Shown: one piece after another, positions 25,664-39,297 of the stretch | How the letters are laid out: the number at the start of each line of letters is the position of its first letter | How positions within the stretch are numbered: the stretch's first letter is position 1 | DNA from: Octopus sinensis | Taxonomy: Eukaryota | Direction of reading: 5' to 3' | NCBI RefSeq assembly: GCF_006345805.1 | Contig: NC_042997.1 | Coordinates: 183,272,001 to 183,336,000, forward strand | DNA: 64,000 nt | The notes under the pieces: model-generated | Told to the model about the DNA's origin: nothing | What the model saw: only the letters and a program-made list of their open reading frames with translations | Databases searched by the model: none | Made by a program: the position numbers and the translations under genes

Positions 25664-25892
25664 TTAACCCTTTAGCATTTAAACTGGCCATATCCAGCCA
25701 AAAGTATTCAGCCTGTTTTATGTTCAAACTGGCCAGATCTGGTCTCTCACACTAACCCTACAATATCATTTTAAAAATTAACAGCTACTTCATCATAATC
25801 TCATAGCTACAAGATAATGCATGATTAGTTCAAAGCAATGTGGATAAAAAGGGATTAATTTTGGCAGAATAATGCGAACACTAAAGGGTTAA
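25664..25892. mobile_element. TTAA MITE inserted in an RTE tail
   Basis: GGACG-TTAA-CCCTTTAG...CTAAAGGG-TTAA-ACGATGATG; the TTAA target is duplicated. Confidence 0.85.
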
Positions 25893-26904
25893 ACGATGAT
25901 GATGATGATGAATTGTAAAAAAGATTAATGCAATCACTATAAATAATCAATTTAATCAGTTTTCTTCTCAGTGTACATACTTCTCAAACGCACACCCTTA
26001 ATGAGTCAGTGAGGGAGCCTCTATGCAGTTGCTCAACATGCTAGTTTTAAAAAATTTAAGGACACACTGAGCAATGTAATCTTTGAAATATATACAGACA
26101 AGATGGTCACAACTGGAAAGCTTTTACTCATAGGTGTGCTTGACCAAGGTTGAACTAGAGCAACAACAACCTCAACACAAAAACAGTCAGAGGTGGTTTA
26201 GTGCATGCAATTACACAGCTAAAACTAATTTCTAAACATCCTCAAAATGAAGTGGCTTCAGTGCACATGACTCTCTATAGTATAAACATAACATGTGCAA
26301 TATCTCAGCTAAACTTTCTGTTTGACGAACACTCCCTAACCTAGCAACAGCTAAGACATAAGTTTACTGTTCAAGAAATCTGGCCAACCTATTTATTTTA
26401 AACTCTCCACAAGATAAATAAATAAACCGGAAACTGAAGTTAAATTAGCAGACATTGACAAACCTAGGCTCCACAGAAAACACATTTAACTTTTTAAACA
26501 TTCAGATTATTCTGTCAAAAGTAATGCTTATTTATTCTCATTGCCTTGAATTAATTATGCATTACCTTGTAGCCTTGAGTTTGCGATAATCATCATCATC
26601 ATCAACGTTTAACATCCGTTTTCCATGCTAGCATGGATTGGACGGTTCAACCGGGGTCTGGGAAGCCAGGAGGCTGCACCAGGCTCCAGTCTGATCTGGC
26701 AGTGTTTCTACAGCTGGATGCCCTTCCTAACACCAACCATTCCGTGAGTGTAGTGGGTGCTTTTTATGTGCCACCGGCACAGGTGCCAGGTGAGGCTGGC
26801 AACAGCCACGATTGTTTATTCTTAGAATGCCATTGTTAGGAAGGTGTGAGAGGCTGGATCTGGCCAGTTTGAACATAAAACAGATAGAATATCTTAGCTG
26901 GATA

Positions 26905-28175
26905 CATCATCATCATCATCATCATCATTTAGCGTCCGTTTTCCATGCTAGCATGGGTTGGACGGTTCTACTGGGGTCTGTGAAGCCAGAAGGCTTCATC
27001 AGGCCCAGTCAAATCTGGCAGTGTTTCTACGGCTGGATGCCCTTCCTAACGCCAACCACTCCGTGAGTGTAGTGGGTGCTTTTTACGTGCCACCCGCACT
27101 GGTGCCAGACAGAGCTGGCAAACGGCCACGAACGGATGGTGCTTTTTATGTGCCACCGGCACGAGGGCCAGGCGAGGCTGGCAACGGACACGAAACGGGG
27201 CGGTGCTGGCAACGGTCGCGAAACGGAAAGTTCTCTTACATGCCACCGGCACTGGTAACACATCTGCAATTTCCATTGATCGATTTCGATTCTGATCCTC
27301 ACTTGCCTCAATGGGTCTTCACAAGCAGAGTTTCGACATGCCACCGGCACTGGTAGCACATCCGCAATTTCCATTGATCGATTTCGATTCTGATCCTCAC
27401 TTGCCTCAACACGTCTTCACAAGTAGAGTTTTGTGTCCCAAGAAGGGAAGGTATGCATACGTAGGCTGGCTCCATCCCATGTAGAAGGCCACGGGTTGTG
27501 GACTCACTTGTCCTGCCGGGTCTTCTCGCGCACAGCACACTTCCAGAGGTCTCGGTCTCTAGTCATTTCCTCAGTGAGACCTAAAGTTCGAAGGTCGTGC
27601 TTCACCACCTCGTCCCAGGTTTTCCTGGGTCTGCCTCTTCCACAGGTTCCCTCAACCGCTAGGGTGTGGCACTTTTTCACACAACTATCTTCATCCATTC
27701 TCGCCACATGACCATACCAGCGCAAACATCTCTCTTGCACACCACAACTGATGCTTCTTAGGTCCAGCTTTTCTCTCAAGGTACTTACACTCTGCCGAGT
27801 GTGAGTACCGGCATTACACATCCATCGGAGCATACTAGCTTCATTTCTAGCGAGCTTACGCATATCCTCAGCAGTTACGGCCCATGTTTCACTGCCATGT
27901 AGCATGGCTGTTCGTACACACGCATCATACAGTCTGCCTTTCACTCTGTGCGAGAGGCCTTTTGTCACCAGCAGAGGTAAGAGCTCTCTGAACTTTGCCC
28001 AAGCTATTCTTACTCTAGCAGTTACACTTTCAGCACACCCGCCCCCGCTGCTGACTTGGTCACCTAGGTAACGGAAACTATCAACTATTTCTAGTTTTTC
28101 TCCCTGGAAAGTGACGGAAGTTGGTCTCAGAGCATTTTCAGTGTTTATTGTTCCTGAGCATCTGCCACATACAAA
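26905..28175 (-). mobile_element. Young 5'-truncated RTE-clade LINE copy
   Basis: ORF 27504-27968 has RTE RT C-terminal motifs MLHGSETW, RWYGHVARM, GRGRPRKTW; (CAT)n on plus strand is the tail. Confidence 0.92.
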
Positions 28176-29384
28176 AATGTGGCAGATGCTCTAGTTTAAA
28201 TGCTAATGGGTGGGTTAATGAGATTGCTGTGACAATTGTTCATCACTTTCTCTTACATCTCATATATCTTTTACTTTTTAACTTGTTTCAGTCATTGGAC
28301 TGTGTCCATGCTGGGGCATTGCCTTGAAGAGTTTAGTCAAACAAATTGACTACAGTACTTATTCTTAAAGTCTGATACTTATTCTAATAGTTTCCTTTGC
28401 CAAACTGTTAAGTTGTGGGTATGTAAACAAACTAACACCAGTTGTCAAGTGGTGGGGTGGGGGACAAATACAATGCACACACACACACACGACAGACTTC
28501 TTTCAGTTTCCATTGCCAAATCCACTTGCAAGGCTTTGGACTGTTCAGGCCTATAGTAAAAGACACTTGCCCATGGTTCTACACAGTGGGACTGAACCCA
28601 AGACCATGTAGTTGGGAAGCAAGCTTCTTAGCCACATAGCTACACCTGTATCTATCTTTATCTTTCAATTATAGGTTGTTCTTGTTGAGTAAAACTACTG
28701 CTTAGATATTCACATCAATTTATTCAGGTAGGAAAAAAAAGACTAATAAAAAGGTAAAAAATTCTCAAACTTGAGAGATTTAGTGATAATCTAGTTTCTT
28801 CAGACCCTTGTAAAGAGTGGCACCACTGGAATCACACATTCAAGATATTTTTTAATCTATTCCATCTTACCAAAGATAGATGGTACTTTTTATAATTATC
28901 TGTCCCCAATAATCTATGACTACATTGCTAATGTTGCTAAGATGCTACATTACTAAGATGCTGCAGTTTAAATACTTAAAGTACTCTATATCAAGTTTTT
29001 TTTTCTTTCTGCCATCTTTTGGTATGCAGGTACCAAGCACAAGAGGAATTAATTAATTCCATCAGCTTTCCAAACTCTTGTGAAGTATTATAATTTCAAT
29101 GAAATCATTGCAGGTGTAGCTTGCTTCCTAACCACATGGTTCGGGGTTCAGTCCCACTGCGTGGAACCTTGGACAAGTGTCTTCTCCTATAGTCTTAAGC
29201 CAGCCAAAGCCTTGTGAGTGGATTTGGTAGACAGAAACTGAAAGAAGCTTCAGGAGGCGTGCAGCTTAGTGGTTAGGGTGTTGAACACATGATCATATGG
29301 TTGTGGTTTCAATTCCTGGACCAGGCGATGCATTGTGTTTTTGAGCAAAACACTTCATTTCATATCGCTCTAACAAAAAAAAAA

Positions 29385-29615
29385 ATTGGCGAGTTGGCAG
29401 AAACGTTAGCACACTGGGCGAAGTGCTTAGCGTTATTTCATCTGCTGCTACTTTCTGAGTTCAAATTCCGCCGAGGTCGACTTTGCCTTTCATCTTTTTG
29501 GGGTTGATAAATTAAGTACCAGTTACGCACTGGGGTCGATGTAATCGACTTAATCCTTTTGTCTGTCCTTGTTTGTCCCCTCTATGTTTAGCCCCTTGTG
29601 AGCAATAAAGAAATA
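29385..29615 (+). mobile_element. tRNA-derived SINE family B (others near 8700-, 24310-, 55260 and many in 57700-59350)
   Basis: GGCGAGTTGGCAGAA head, GAGTTCAAATTCC B-box, central GCCTTTCATCCTTTCGGGGTCGATAAA-type domain. Confidence 0.8.
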
Positions 29616-29738
29616 AGAAACTGAAAGAAGCTTGTTGTATATATGTGTATGTCCTCTCTACCTCACCACTTGACAACCAGTGCTGGTGTGTTTATGTCTC
29701 TGCAACTTAGCAGTTTGGTAAAAAGATACCAATAGAAT

Positions 29739-29888
29739 TACTAGCATAGCTAGAGCGTGTGCTGTCTGGGCTGGCCCTTCTGATTGCTGCCCTTGGACCC
29801 CACATAAAATGCACATTGCCTACAGCAGACTCAAAAGTGCCGCTCGGGGCGGACCGCTCCCACTGCTCCGCCCCTAGCTATGCTAGTG
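29739..29888. mobile_element. 150-nt hAT-type MITE inserted in a SINE
   Basis: ACTAGCATAGCTAG/CTAGCTATGCTAGT TIRs; exact 8-bp TSD AATAGAAT at 29731 and 29889. Confidence 0.82.
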
Positions 29889-31395
29889 AATAGAATAAGT
29901 GCCACGCTTTGCAAAAAAAATAAGTACTGAAGTTGATGCATTTGACAAAAAATTCAAGGCAGTGCCTCAGCATGGCCATAGTCTAATGACTGAAACAGGT
30001 AAAAGATAAAAAATCAGCATGTGACTGCATTGCAAAATTATCTTCTCAAAACTCTTCATGGGTATTAACAACTAAGTGAAAGATCAGTTAGGTTCATAAT
30101 ATCTTTCCAGCATTTTTAAACTGTACACATGCATACTGAGCTTCAGCAAGTAAATCTGTCTTAACTCTTATGTTATCTTACAAGAGCTTGATCAAATTAA
30201 CTATAAGAACAGAGAAAATCCCAGACATTATTGTCATTAGAAAGAGAACATTCTTTCATGTGATGTACAATTAACTGAAATACAAAGTAAAGATATCAAA
30301 GAATTAAGTTAAATGTATCTGGTAGTTCTTGATGGCTAGAGCTAAGTGCACAGACTTCCAAAGGCACATATAAGGCCTCTCACACTGTTCATTACCACTA
30401 ATGTGATATGGAGTGGTTCTACTTTGTATACTTCTGCGTTGAATAAGAAAAGTAGACAATTTGTTGCTCACAAACAAGGCTCCACGATCAGAGTGATTAA
30501 AGCTGGTAAAGTAAAGAAATAAAAGACAACCTTAAGATATTTTATGATGGCTATCATGAAGTCCTTTAAAAGATATACAAATATAAAACTGGAATACTTA
30601 TGAAATCATCATTATCATCGTTTAACATCCGTTTTCCATGCTAGCATGGGTTGGACGGTTCAACCAGGGTCTGGGAAGCCAGGAGGCTGCACCAGGCTCC
30701 AATTTGATCTGGCAGTGTTTCAACAGCTGGATGCCCTTCCAAACGCCAACCACTCCATTTGTGGGTGCTTTTTATGTGCCACTGGCACAGGGGCCAGAGG
30801 AGGCTGGCAATGGCCACGATCAGTTGGTGCTTCAGACCAATAAAATCCAAGTCATTCGAATGGTGGTGTAACCTTGATTAGTTGTCTACATACTCCTTTA
30901 TAATTCATATTTCAGTATGGAGCCATCTTTATGCAGATTAGCCAGGCATTATCTAACAGAAAGAGGAGGTTCAGTTCTTTGTTTTGATGTAATGCATAAG
31001 TTACCATTCTGCAGCACAAAAATGAAGTGTATGTATGTCAGTAAGAGGTAAACAATTCATATTATAGTAGTAGATCTTTGAGAGGACATCTACAGGAATA
31101 TAATCAATCCCTAGAGGAAATTGAATGACATATATAAAAACAACATTGCCCTGCTCTCCAGTTCTTTTTCCTGGATCTAGCTGAAGGCTGAAACATAAAT
31201 GAACTGCATATTTTCCAGAAAACAAGAAAATATTTTCACCATTCCATAGCAAAACTGTTGTACTACACTTTGACAGTTTTTGATATCTTGGCATCTGAAG
31301 CAGCTGGAGATATGATAATTTGACCAACAGAACTGGCTATTTCAAGCAAAAATAAATACTGAAAAAAATGCATTTGGCCAAATTTGGACATACAA

Positions 31396-32611
31396 CATCA
31401 TCATCATTTAGCGTCCGTTTTCCATGCTAGCATGGGTTGGACGGTTCTACTGGGGTCTGTGAAGCCAGAAGGCTTCATCAGGCCCAGTCAAATCTGGCAG
31501 TGTTTCTACGGCTGGATGCCCTTCCTAACGCCAACCACTCCGTGAGTGTAGTGGGTGCTTTTTACGTGCCACCCGCACTGGTGCCAGACAGAGCTGGCAA
31601 ACGGCCACGAACGGATGGTGCTTTTTATGTGCCACCGGCACGAGGGCCAGGCGAGGCTGGCAACGGACACGAAACGGGGCGGTGCTGGCAACGGTCGCGA
31701 AATGGAAAGTTCTCTTACATGCCACCGGCACTGGTAACACATCTGCAATTTCCATTGATCGATTTCCATTGATCGATTTCGATTCTGATCCTCACTTGCC
31801 TCAATGGGTCTTCACAAGCAGAGTTTCGACATGCCACCGGCACTGGTAGCACATCCGCAATTTCCATTGATCGATTTCGATTCTGATCCTCACTTGCCTC
31901 AACACGTCTTCACAAGTAGAGTTTTGTGTCCCAAGAAGGGAAGGTATGCATACGTAGGCTGGCTCCATCCCATGTAGAAGGCCACGGGTTGTGGACTCAC
32001 TTGTCCTGCCGGGTCTTCTCGCGCACAGCACACTTCCAGAGGTCTCGGTCTCTAGTCATTTCCTCAGTGAGACCTAAAGTTCGAAGGTCGTGCTTCACCA
32101 CCTCGTCCCAGGTTTTCCTGGGTCTGCCTCTTCCACAGGTTCCCTCAACCGCTAGGGGTGGCACTTTTTCACACAACTATCTTCATCCATTCTCGCCACA
32201 TGACCATACCAGCGCAAACGTCTCTCTTGCACACCACAACTGATGCTTCTTAGGTCCAGCTTTTCTCTCAAGGTACTTACACTCTGCCGAGTGTGAGTAC
32301 CGGCATTACACATCCATCGGAGCATACTGGCTTCATTTCTAGCGAGCTTACGCATATCCTCAGCAGTCACGGCCCATGTTTCACTGCCATGTAGCATGGC
32401 TGTTCGTACACACGCATCATACAGTCTGCCTTTCACTCTGTGCGAGAGGCCTTTTGTCACCAGCAGAGGTAAGAGCTCTCTGAACTTTGCCCAAGCTATT
32501 CTTACTCTAGCAGTTACACTTTCAGCACACCCGCCCCCGCTGCTGACTTGGTCACCTAGGTAACGGAAACTATCAACTATTTCTAGTTTTTCTCCCTGGA
32601 AAGTGACGGAA
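31396..32611 (-). mobile_element. Young 5'-truncated RTE-clade LINE copy with a 1-nt frameshift near 32156
   Basis: Almost identical to 26905-28119; FRYLGD, RVRIAWAKF, MLHGSETW motifs. Confidence 0.92.
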
Positions 32612-33659
32612 CAGTTTAAAATAATAGCAATGATGTATGTATGCACACACATACACATATATATATATATATATGGAAGGCGGACGTTAAATGATGATGA
32701 TGATATATATATAAAACAATACAAGTAAACAAAGTTCAACAAAAATCAAGGAAGCAAATAATATCTATTGATGAATAATACTTTAAAAATATTTAGCTTA
32801 ACAGTTTTGCCCAGTAAAACACGTTTCCTTACATGTAGGCTTTCAATAATAGCTGCAGCTTCCTTTTTAAAAGTAGGACAATGTCTTGAGTGAACTTGAA
32901 AAAAAAGTTATTGGTCATCCCTCTTGGGAGAGAGTAGCTATTAAAGCCACTTCAGATGCCATCAGTAGCTACAACCAATGAATTTATGATGAGCAATATA
33001 GAATGAGCAATTACTTCAGAAATTATTTTCTTCAGCTTTTCAAGGGTCACAACTGCTTTAATTCAGTGGTTCTCAACTCTTATTTTTGCCGATGGACACC
33101 TTTGATTCCTGTTTTATTCTACTGGACGTCCATAGCCATTTGAGGTGTATAAAACAACATCCTACTATATTTTTATAATCAAATATTATTAGGAATTGTA
33201 TAGAAAAATTAAAATATTTTGCATATTGTAGAAGTATAATTGCACATAAATTTTAACCCAGGCACAGGAGTGGCTGTGTAGTAAGTAGCTTGCTTACCAA
33301 CCACATGGTACTGGGTTCAGTCCCACTGCATCGCATCTTGGGCAAGTGGCTTCTGCTATAGCTTTGGACCGACCAAAGCCTTGTGAGTGGATTTGGTAGA
33401 TGGAAACTGAAAGAAGCCAGTCGTATTTATGTATATATATATGTATGTTTGTGTGTCTGTGTCTGTCTTCCTAGCTGGCGTGTTTATGTTCCTGTCACTT
33501 AGCGGTTCGGCAAAAGAGACCGATAGAATAAGTATTAGGCTTACAAAGAATAAGTCCCGGGATCGATTTGTTCAACTAAAGGTGGTGCTCCAGCATAGCC
33601 ACAGTCAAATGACTGAAACAAATAAAAGAGTAAAGAGTAATATGGATCACCAAAGTTGA

Positions 33660-34190
33660 GAATCCCTGCTTCAGTGGATAAGCAGAAGGAAGATGAATCC
33701 ATTGGCGGTTGTATTACATACAAATATCTTGGAATCTCCTTGCATAATAAATGAATGACCCAATATTTTTGGATAAGCTTTTGGGAACTACAGAAACTTT
33801 AAGCTTCAGTAATGGTTCTAACTATTGAGGACCGAGAGAAAATGAGTCTTTAGCAATCAGCTATCCAAAGATTGCAATAGTAGTTTCTACTTCCCATTAT
33901 TAAAGTAAACCTGTAATCTTTAATATATGTCAGAAATTGGTAGATTCATGTCATGTTCTATGATGTTTTTTTTGCAAATAACAGTGTCTAGCAATAGACC
34001 AGTTAGTTTATTACTGGTGACAAAATCAGTCATCATACTCTGGAAAATGGCATTACTGGCACTACCAAAAGCAAGTCTAGAGTATGAAAATAGCCTTTCA
34101 TCAGTCTCAAAAAAGTAAAGAGTTTTTCCTCCATTCAAAGAGGGTTTTGGTAGCAAGTATTTCTTAGATCTAGTTAACTAAGAAATTTTA
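33660..34190 (-). mobile_element. Highly decayed Gypsy-type RT fragment
   Basis: LFSYSRLAFGSASNAIFQSMM...EHDMNL resembles LFxYxRLPFGxxSAPAIFQxxM...EHxxNL; YxDD is lost. Confidence 0.5.
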
Positions 34191-35179
34191 AAGCAAGTAT
34201 TATGCACCAGTTGTCGAGTAATGGTGGTGGTGGTGGTGGAATAAACATAAAGACAAATCATCACCAATATCTGCTTTCTATGCTGGCATCGGTAGGACAG
34301 TTTAACAGGAACTGACAAGTCAGAAAACTGTGCTAAGCTTTAATGTTTGCCTTGAAATGGTTTCCATGGCTGGATGCCCTTCCTAACACCAACCACTTTA
34401 CAAAATGTACTGGGAGCTTTTCATGTGGTACTAGCACAAGTGAGGTTACCAAGTAACCTGCAAGACCAAACCCCTCAACTGAAGTGGTGTACCATTCAGG
34501 GAGGTGGCTTTGTGCCAGGTATGATAGAAGGACAAGAACAGGTGTCTAGCAGTAGAGAAAATACAAGGCTACTCCAGTTGGAAAAGGAGAGAAGACAGTG
34601 CAGCAACGCAAGGGTGTACCTTCAAGTTACAGGAAGCTGAATATAAGAGAGAATATGAACAGAAGATTGGAAAGGGTGAATGGGTAGGTAAGATTGTAAG
34701 AGTAGGAAAGGAGAATGGCAGATGAATAGAGGTGGATGCAGTGAATAGTGAATGGGTGGAAGTGAGGTCAATGGCAAATATCAGCTTGGAGGAAGGAGGG
34801 CAGAAGATGGGTCAGGGAGATGATAGGCAGTAGCACAAGCAATGTGGGGTGTGGGTGGTGTGTGAGAGATGCACAATACCAGGGACGAGGTCAGGGTTAC
34901 AGGGAAGGATGAACGAAAGTAGTGGGGTCTTAATGAAAGGGTGTACAGGAGGATAGTGGATGTGAAAGGGGGAGTCAGGGGAAATACGATGGTAAAGGAT
35001 GATGCTGAGAGTGTGAGATACAAAGTAAATGGTTCTCATATAGTTATAATATCTGAGTGAATAGTGCTATAGTCAGAAGTGTCATTGAGGGTAGGTGTGA
35101 TGAAGATGAGTTGTGGGGAAGAGACACATTAGGAACAGTTTAGGTCAGGGGTATAGACATAATTTTAGGGCCTCATTTG

Positions 35180-36100
35180 TGCTGATATGGATGAATCCAT
35201 TTGAGCACAAAAAATCACCAATCATCTTGATAATTTGTCATCTCTTCTGTGAGATTCAACATCTGGAAATTATTCTTCACTACTTTGTCCCACATCTTCC
35301 TGAGTCGCCCTCTTCCACTTGTCCCATCCACTTTTAGCTATCTTCATCCATGTGCCTCACATGACTATACCTGTACAGCCTTCTCTCTTATACACTATAA
35401 CAGATTCCACTTGTGCACAATGTTTCTCTCGACACATTTTCACTTTGTTGATCATGCACACTGACATTGTACATCCTGCAGAGCATGCTAGTTTCATTTC
35501 TCTCTAGCTTTTAGAAGTCCTCTGCATTCATGGTCCACATTTCACTGCCATGTTGCATAGCTATTTGTACTCACACATAATGCACATTGTTTGTACTAAC
35601 ACATAATGCACAATGTTTGTACTCACACATAATGCCTTTCATCTGAGAGAGTGGACTTTTGTTAACAACAGAGATAAGCTCTTTGAACTTTCTCCATCCT
35701 ATTCTCATTCTAGCAGCTATGCTTTCAGAGCAAACTCCTCCACAGATAATTAGGTCACCTAGGAAACCAGAGCTATCTACTACCTCTAAGAATCGTCCCA
35801 GACATTTGAGAAAATCTATTTTCTGTACATTCTTACTATGTACTGTTTCTCTGCATCTGCCACACAAAGTTTGCTTTTCCTGTTAACCTTCCTGTGATTC
35901 TGCTACACCTCTCATGTGTCCACAGATTGCACAGGCTATTCCATATGGAATTTCTTTCAACACTTTTTCTACATATCAAACAGGACCATTTTCCTGAAAA
36001 AATTTGCATTTTTTTTCTGACTTACGAGAACTTTGGTCTTTGCTAAGTTAATTTTAAGGCCCTTTGGTTCCAGGTTTTTTTCCCCCCACACATGGAATAT
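35180..36100 (-). mobile_element. Decayed RTE-clade RT fragment
   Basis: GLKINLAKTKVLVS and FLGDLIICGGVCSESIAARMRIGWRKF remnants. Confidence 0.8.
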
Positions 36101-37775
36101 CATTGACAAGCTCCCATACAGCTACTGTCTTACCAAATTCACTTACAAGGCATTATTTGGCCTGGGACTCTTAATACAAAACACTTGTCTAAGGTACTGC
36201 TCAATAAGACTGGACCTGAAACGATGTGGTTGCAAAGCAAGTGTCTTAACCACACAGCCATGCTTGCAACTAAGTGAGGTCTCTTTATCTTGGGGTAAAA
36301 TACACTGGGACACTCCACTCATAAGTTCAACTTTTTTATAAGTTGAAATAAGACATTATGGGAATCATAAATTAACTGGTTTTTAATTAGTGGATGATAA
36401 ATTTCACAAGGGTCTTCTCTTCCAAATATAGTAGAATTGGTCTTTTTTTTTTTGCAGTCATCTATTGCAGCCACCCAAAAATTTTAATTCTAGAGTATTG
36501 AGCCAAGTATGTGACCTTGTACTTAATGAAGTTACGTTGAGTGCTGAAGGATATTAAATTACGTCCGGTAATGTACTTTTCCAAATCTAATAAGGAAGTC
36601 CTGTTGTAAACTGTTTACTTACAACAAACCCATAGATGCAAACGGATTTTCTTTTCTTTAAAACTCCGACTCGTCTGAACAAGAATTAATAAAATGAACG
36701 AAACTTGCTTTCGTTGAACTGTGACCATGTTAAACAGCACTAATCACCTGATCATCGGATTGATTCAGATATATAGTAAGAATGTAAATATTGTGAAGCA
36801 TGCAACGCTACCATTTGAATGCTATAAAAACTGAATTTAAGGCTGTCAACAAGACAGCAATGTAAACGAAGTGAAATGACGACAGCTGGGAATCGAAACC
36901 GGTCCGCGACCAGATTCGCAGGAAGCTTTCCGCCCTACTCTGCATTGTGTTAGTTATAACGGAAATATAATTAAACACGAAAATATTGAAGCAAAAATGT
37001 TTTAACATGTATTATAACAGACTGAATAATAATTAATGACGACCCTCAAAGCATACAGAAAAATGTCTAAAGTTTAGAGACAAATAGAGAAGTTTGTAAC
37101 GTATCAGATATAGATCTAAGAGATGGATAATTTTTCTTGACATTAAAATGCCCTACATAATAATCAGTGTTAAATCTCCAACGTTTACGTAGTAATTAAC
37201 ATTCAATTCAGTCTTTAAAAAACCCCAGCTTATTATAGTGTTGGTTTCTGAATTTATTAATGAATAAAACAGCGATGGTTTAGGTTGGTTTCCATCAAAT
37301 GCAGACAGGAAGGATAGACAGGATCTACATTTATCTTCTCTATGTACAAGACCAAGTTGATATTTAACAGAAATACAAGTAATCGATCGGAAAAAATAAA
37401 ACAACATTTGGGTTATATATTCATGTAACAAGAAAATATGAGTAGCAAAGGAAGACAAGGAAAATTATGATGTAACATTAGACGTTTTTGCCAATTCTTT
37501 AATATCAACAAGGTCTAAAGAATTTAGTATAATACTGATTTAAAGGATCGGCATTAAATATTGAGTATAAAACACTAGTCTGTGCTTGTATTTTTTAAAA
37601 TTTAAGTAAGAATTATTTCTAAGACTGAAATTAATCAAGTACGAGGCGTGTCTTTTGTTTTTAGCGAATTTATGCATTTGTCAATGTTTTCTCAAGTGTC
37701 AATTAAGGGCTTTGAAAGAAGAAAGATTTCATGCTTCGTAACAAATTAAATAATTTATGAACATAAAAAACAAAC

Positions 37776-37837
37776 CTATTTTCGGCTGTTCGCATATGTG
37801 CATGGCCTTCGTTTAGTTTTTTCTCATTCATAGCCAT
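37776..37837 (-). CDS. NAPG: gamma-SNAP exon 1 (MAMNEKKLNEGHAHMRTAEN-S), 62 nt
   Basis: ATG at 37837, donor AG|GTTTGT; resembles human NAPG N-terminus MAAQKINEGLEHLAKAEKY; phase 2 joins exon 2. Confidence 0.9.
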
Positions 37838-38343
37838 GATCTCTTGTAAAAAGGGAAATTGTAATTATTATTATCGCTCACAAATGATCAACTTTGAACT
37901 ACAACATTAGCACTACTTGAGAACATAAGCGGTCTCGCTTCTCTCAAGAAAGTCAGTTCTTCATTTTCGTATCATCTACAGAAAGGAGGGGGGGAGGCAA
38001 TAAAACTACTCTAAAAGTGAAATATCGTTTCCTTATTATTGTTGCTATTTTACAGATAAATAAGTTTTTTCTTTTGCTTTTAAAAGTGAACCGAAATAAT
38101 ATATTTTTCTCCCGCATTTACGTCACTGTAAACCTGATATAACCCGTTATGTTCACATAGCAATCAGCTGTTTATTATTTTCGTGTAGCTTATTTTGACG
38201 AGAAATAATGCCCTTCGGATAATTTTGAATAACACGTACTGTTTAAAACAACGGCAACAACATAAAACTAGAGAGAAAAAATAAATGGCATCGCTAAATT
38301 ATATCACATAAAAAGAAATACTTCCTAACGGCTTCCTGAAAAC
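37838..38343. promoter_or_regulatory. Probable bidirectional promoter plus 5' UTRs of NAPG and TCAIM
   Basis: 506 nt between divergent ATGs, repeat-free and relatively CpG-retaining; transcription starts not visible. Confidence 0.6.
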
Positions 38344-38378
38344 ATGTTTACAAAAATGTTAAGAGTACTTTCTTCCAA
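38344..38378 (+). CDS. TCAIM: TCAIM-like exon 1 (MFTKMLRVLSS-K), 35 nt, start of putative mitochondrial presequence
   Basis: ATG at 38344, AA|GTAAGT donor, phase 2 fits exon 2; short exon so less certain. Confidence 0.7.
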
Positions 38379-38982
38379 GTAAGTAACGCAAACAATAATA
38401 AAAAGCTTCGAGGGAAATTTATTTCAAACTTAAACGAGGCATTTAAATTACCTTAAGATAATGCGTTAGTGATATCATTATTCTGAAAACATTTGAATAA
38501 TTTATTTCCATTGCTTTTATTCATTTATATTCATTTATTATTTTATGTTGATTTATGCAAAACTCAACAACCTGAAGGTTATCGATGAACATGTGCTCTT
38601 GATTCTTTGAATAACATTTTGAAAGTTGATCCTTAAAAGATTTTTGTTGACAGACATGTTAATTTTATTTAAAAAAAATTTTTTCTTCTATTAATTCTAT
38701 TGTCTGACGTTTAGCACAAATATGACAATAAAATACTTCATTTATACGAGTATGTTTCTTACAAAATTTGAAAGAAGTTTATTCAAATCTAAACAAAAAG
38801 CAGAGGTCAACATTGACCACAAACGAGAAAAGAATTTTCAATGATGTTAAGAAGTTTATATCTCGCAAGCCTCACAATGCAGATATAATTAATCAGACTA
38901 GTAATTGCTTTTTCTCTCGATTCCATGCAAAATTTATTGTTTTGAATGCAAATCTATGGTATTATTTAAATATCTTCTTCAG

Positions 38983-39112
38983 GAAACATCTCTGCTATCA
39001 TTTGTGTTCAAAAGTAAAACGAAATATGAACACGAGTGAAGTGGCTGCTGCACTCCGTCCTTTCTATTTTGCTGTTCACCCCGACATGTTTGGACAATAT
39101 CCTAAAGAAAGG
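38983..39112 (+). CDS. TCAIM: TCAIM-like exon 2 (KHLCYHLCSKVKRNMNTSEVAAALRPFYFAVHPDMFGQYPKER), 130 nt
   Basis: TTCTTCAG acceptor, GG|GTAAGA donor; ALRPFYFAVHPD.FGQ.P.ER is the TCAIM N-terminal signature. Confidence 0.93.
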
Positions 39113-39297
39113 GTAAGATTCTGCTTCATTCATTCTCTATGTGACATCGCAGACAGCGGGTGAAAATTATGTTAGGAAGACTTGAATCGAGTTCTTGAAT
39201 TTTGCAAAATTTTAACTTGTTGATATCAGTTGAAAAGATAGATTCCACGACTTGAAGTTATCGATATTTTTTTAATGCGTACGTACATACACACCTA

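Noticed and set aside
11979-31772. Repeated MDGSTGVCEARRLHQ... and MEIADVLPVP... ORFs as a gene family
   Set aside because: They are incidental frames across RTE 3' UTR copies
38768-39163. 131-aa single-exon ORF
   Set aside because: Only 38983-39112 is bounded by splice sites and homologous to TCAIM; the rest is intronic read-through
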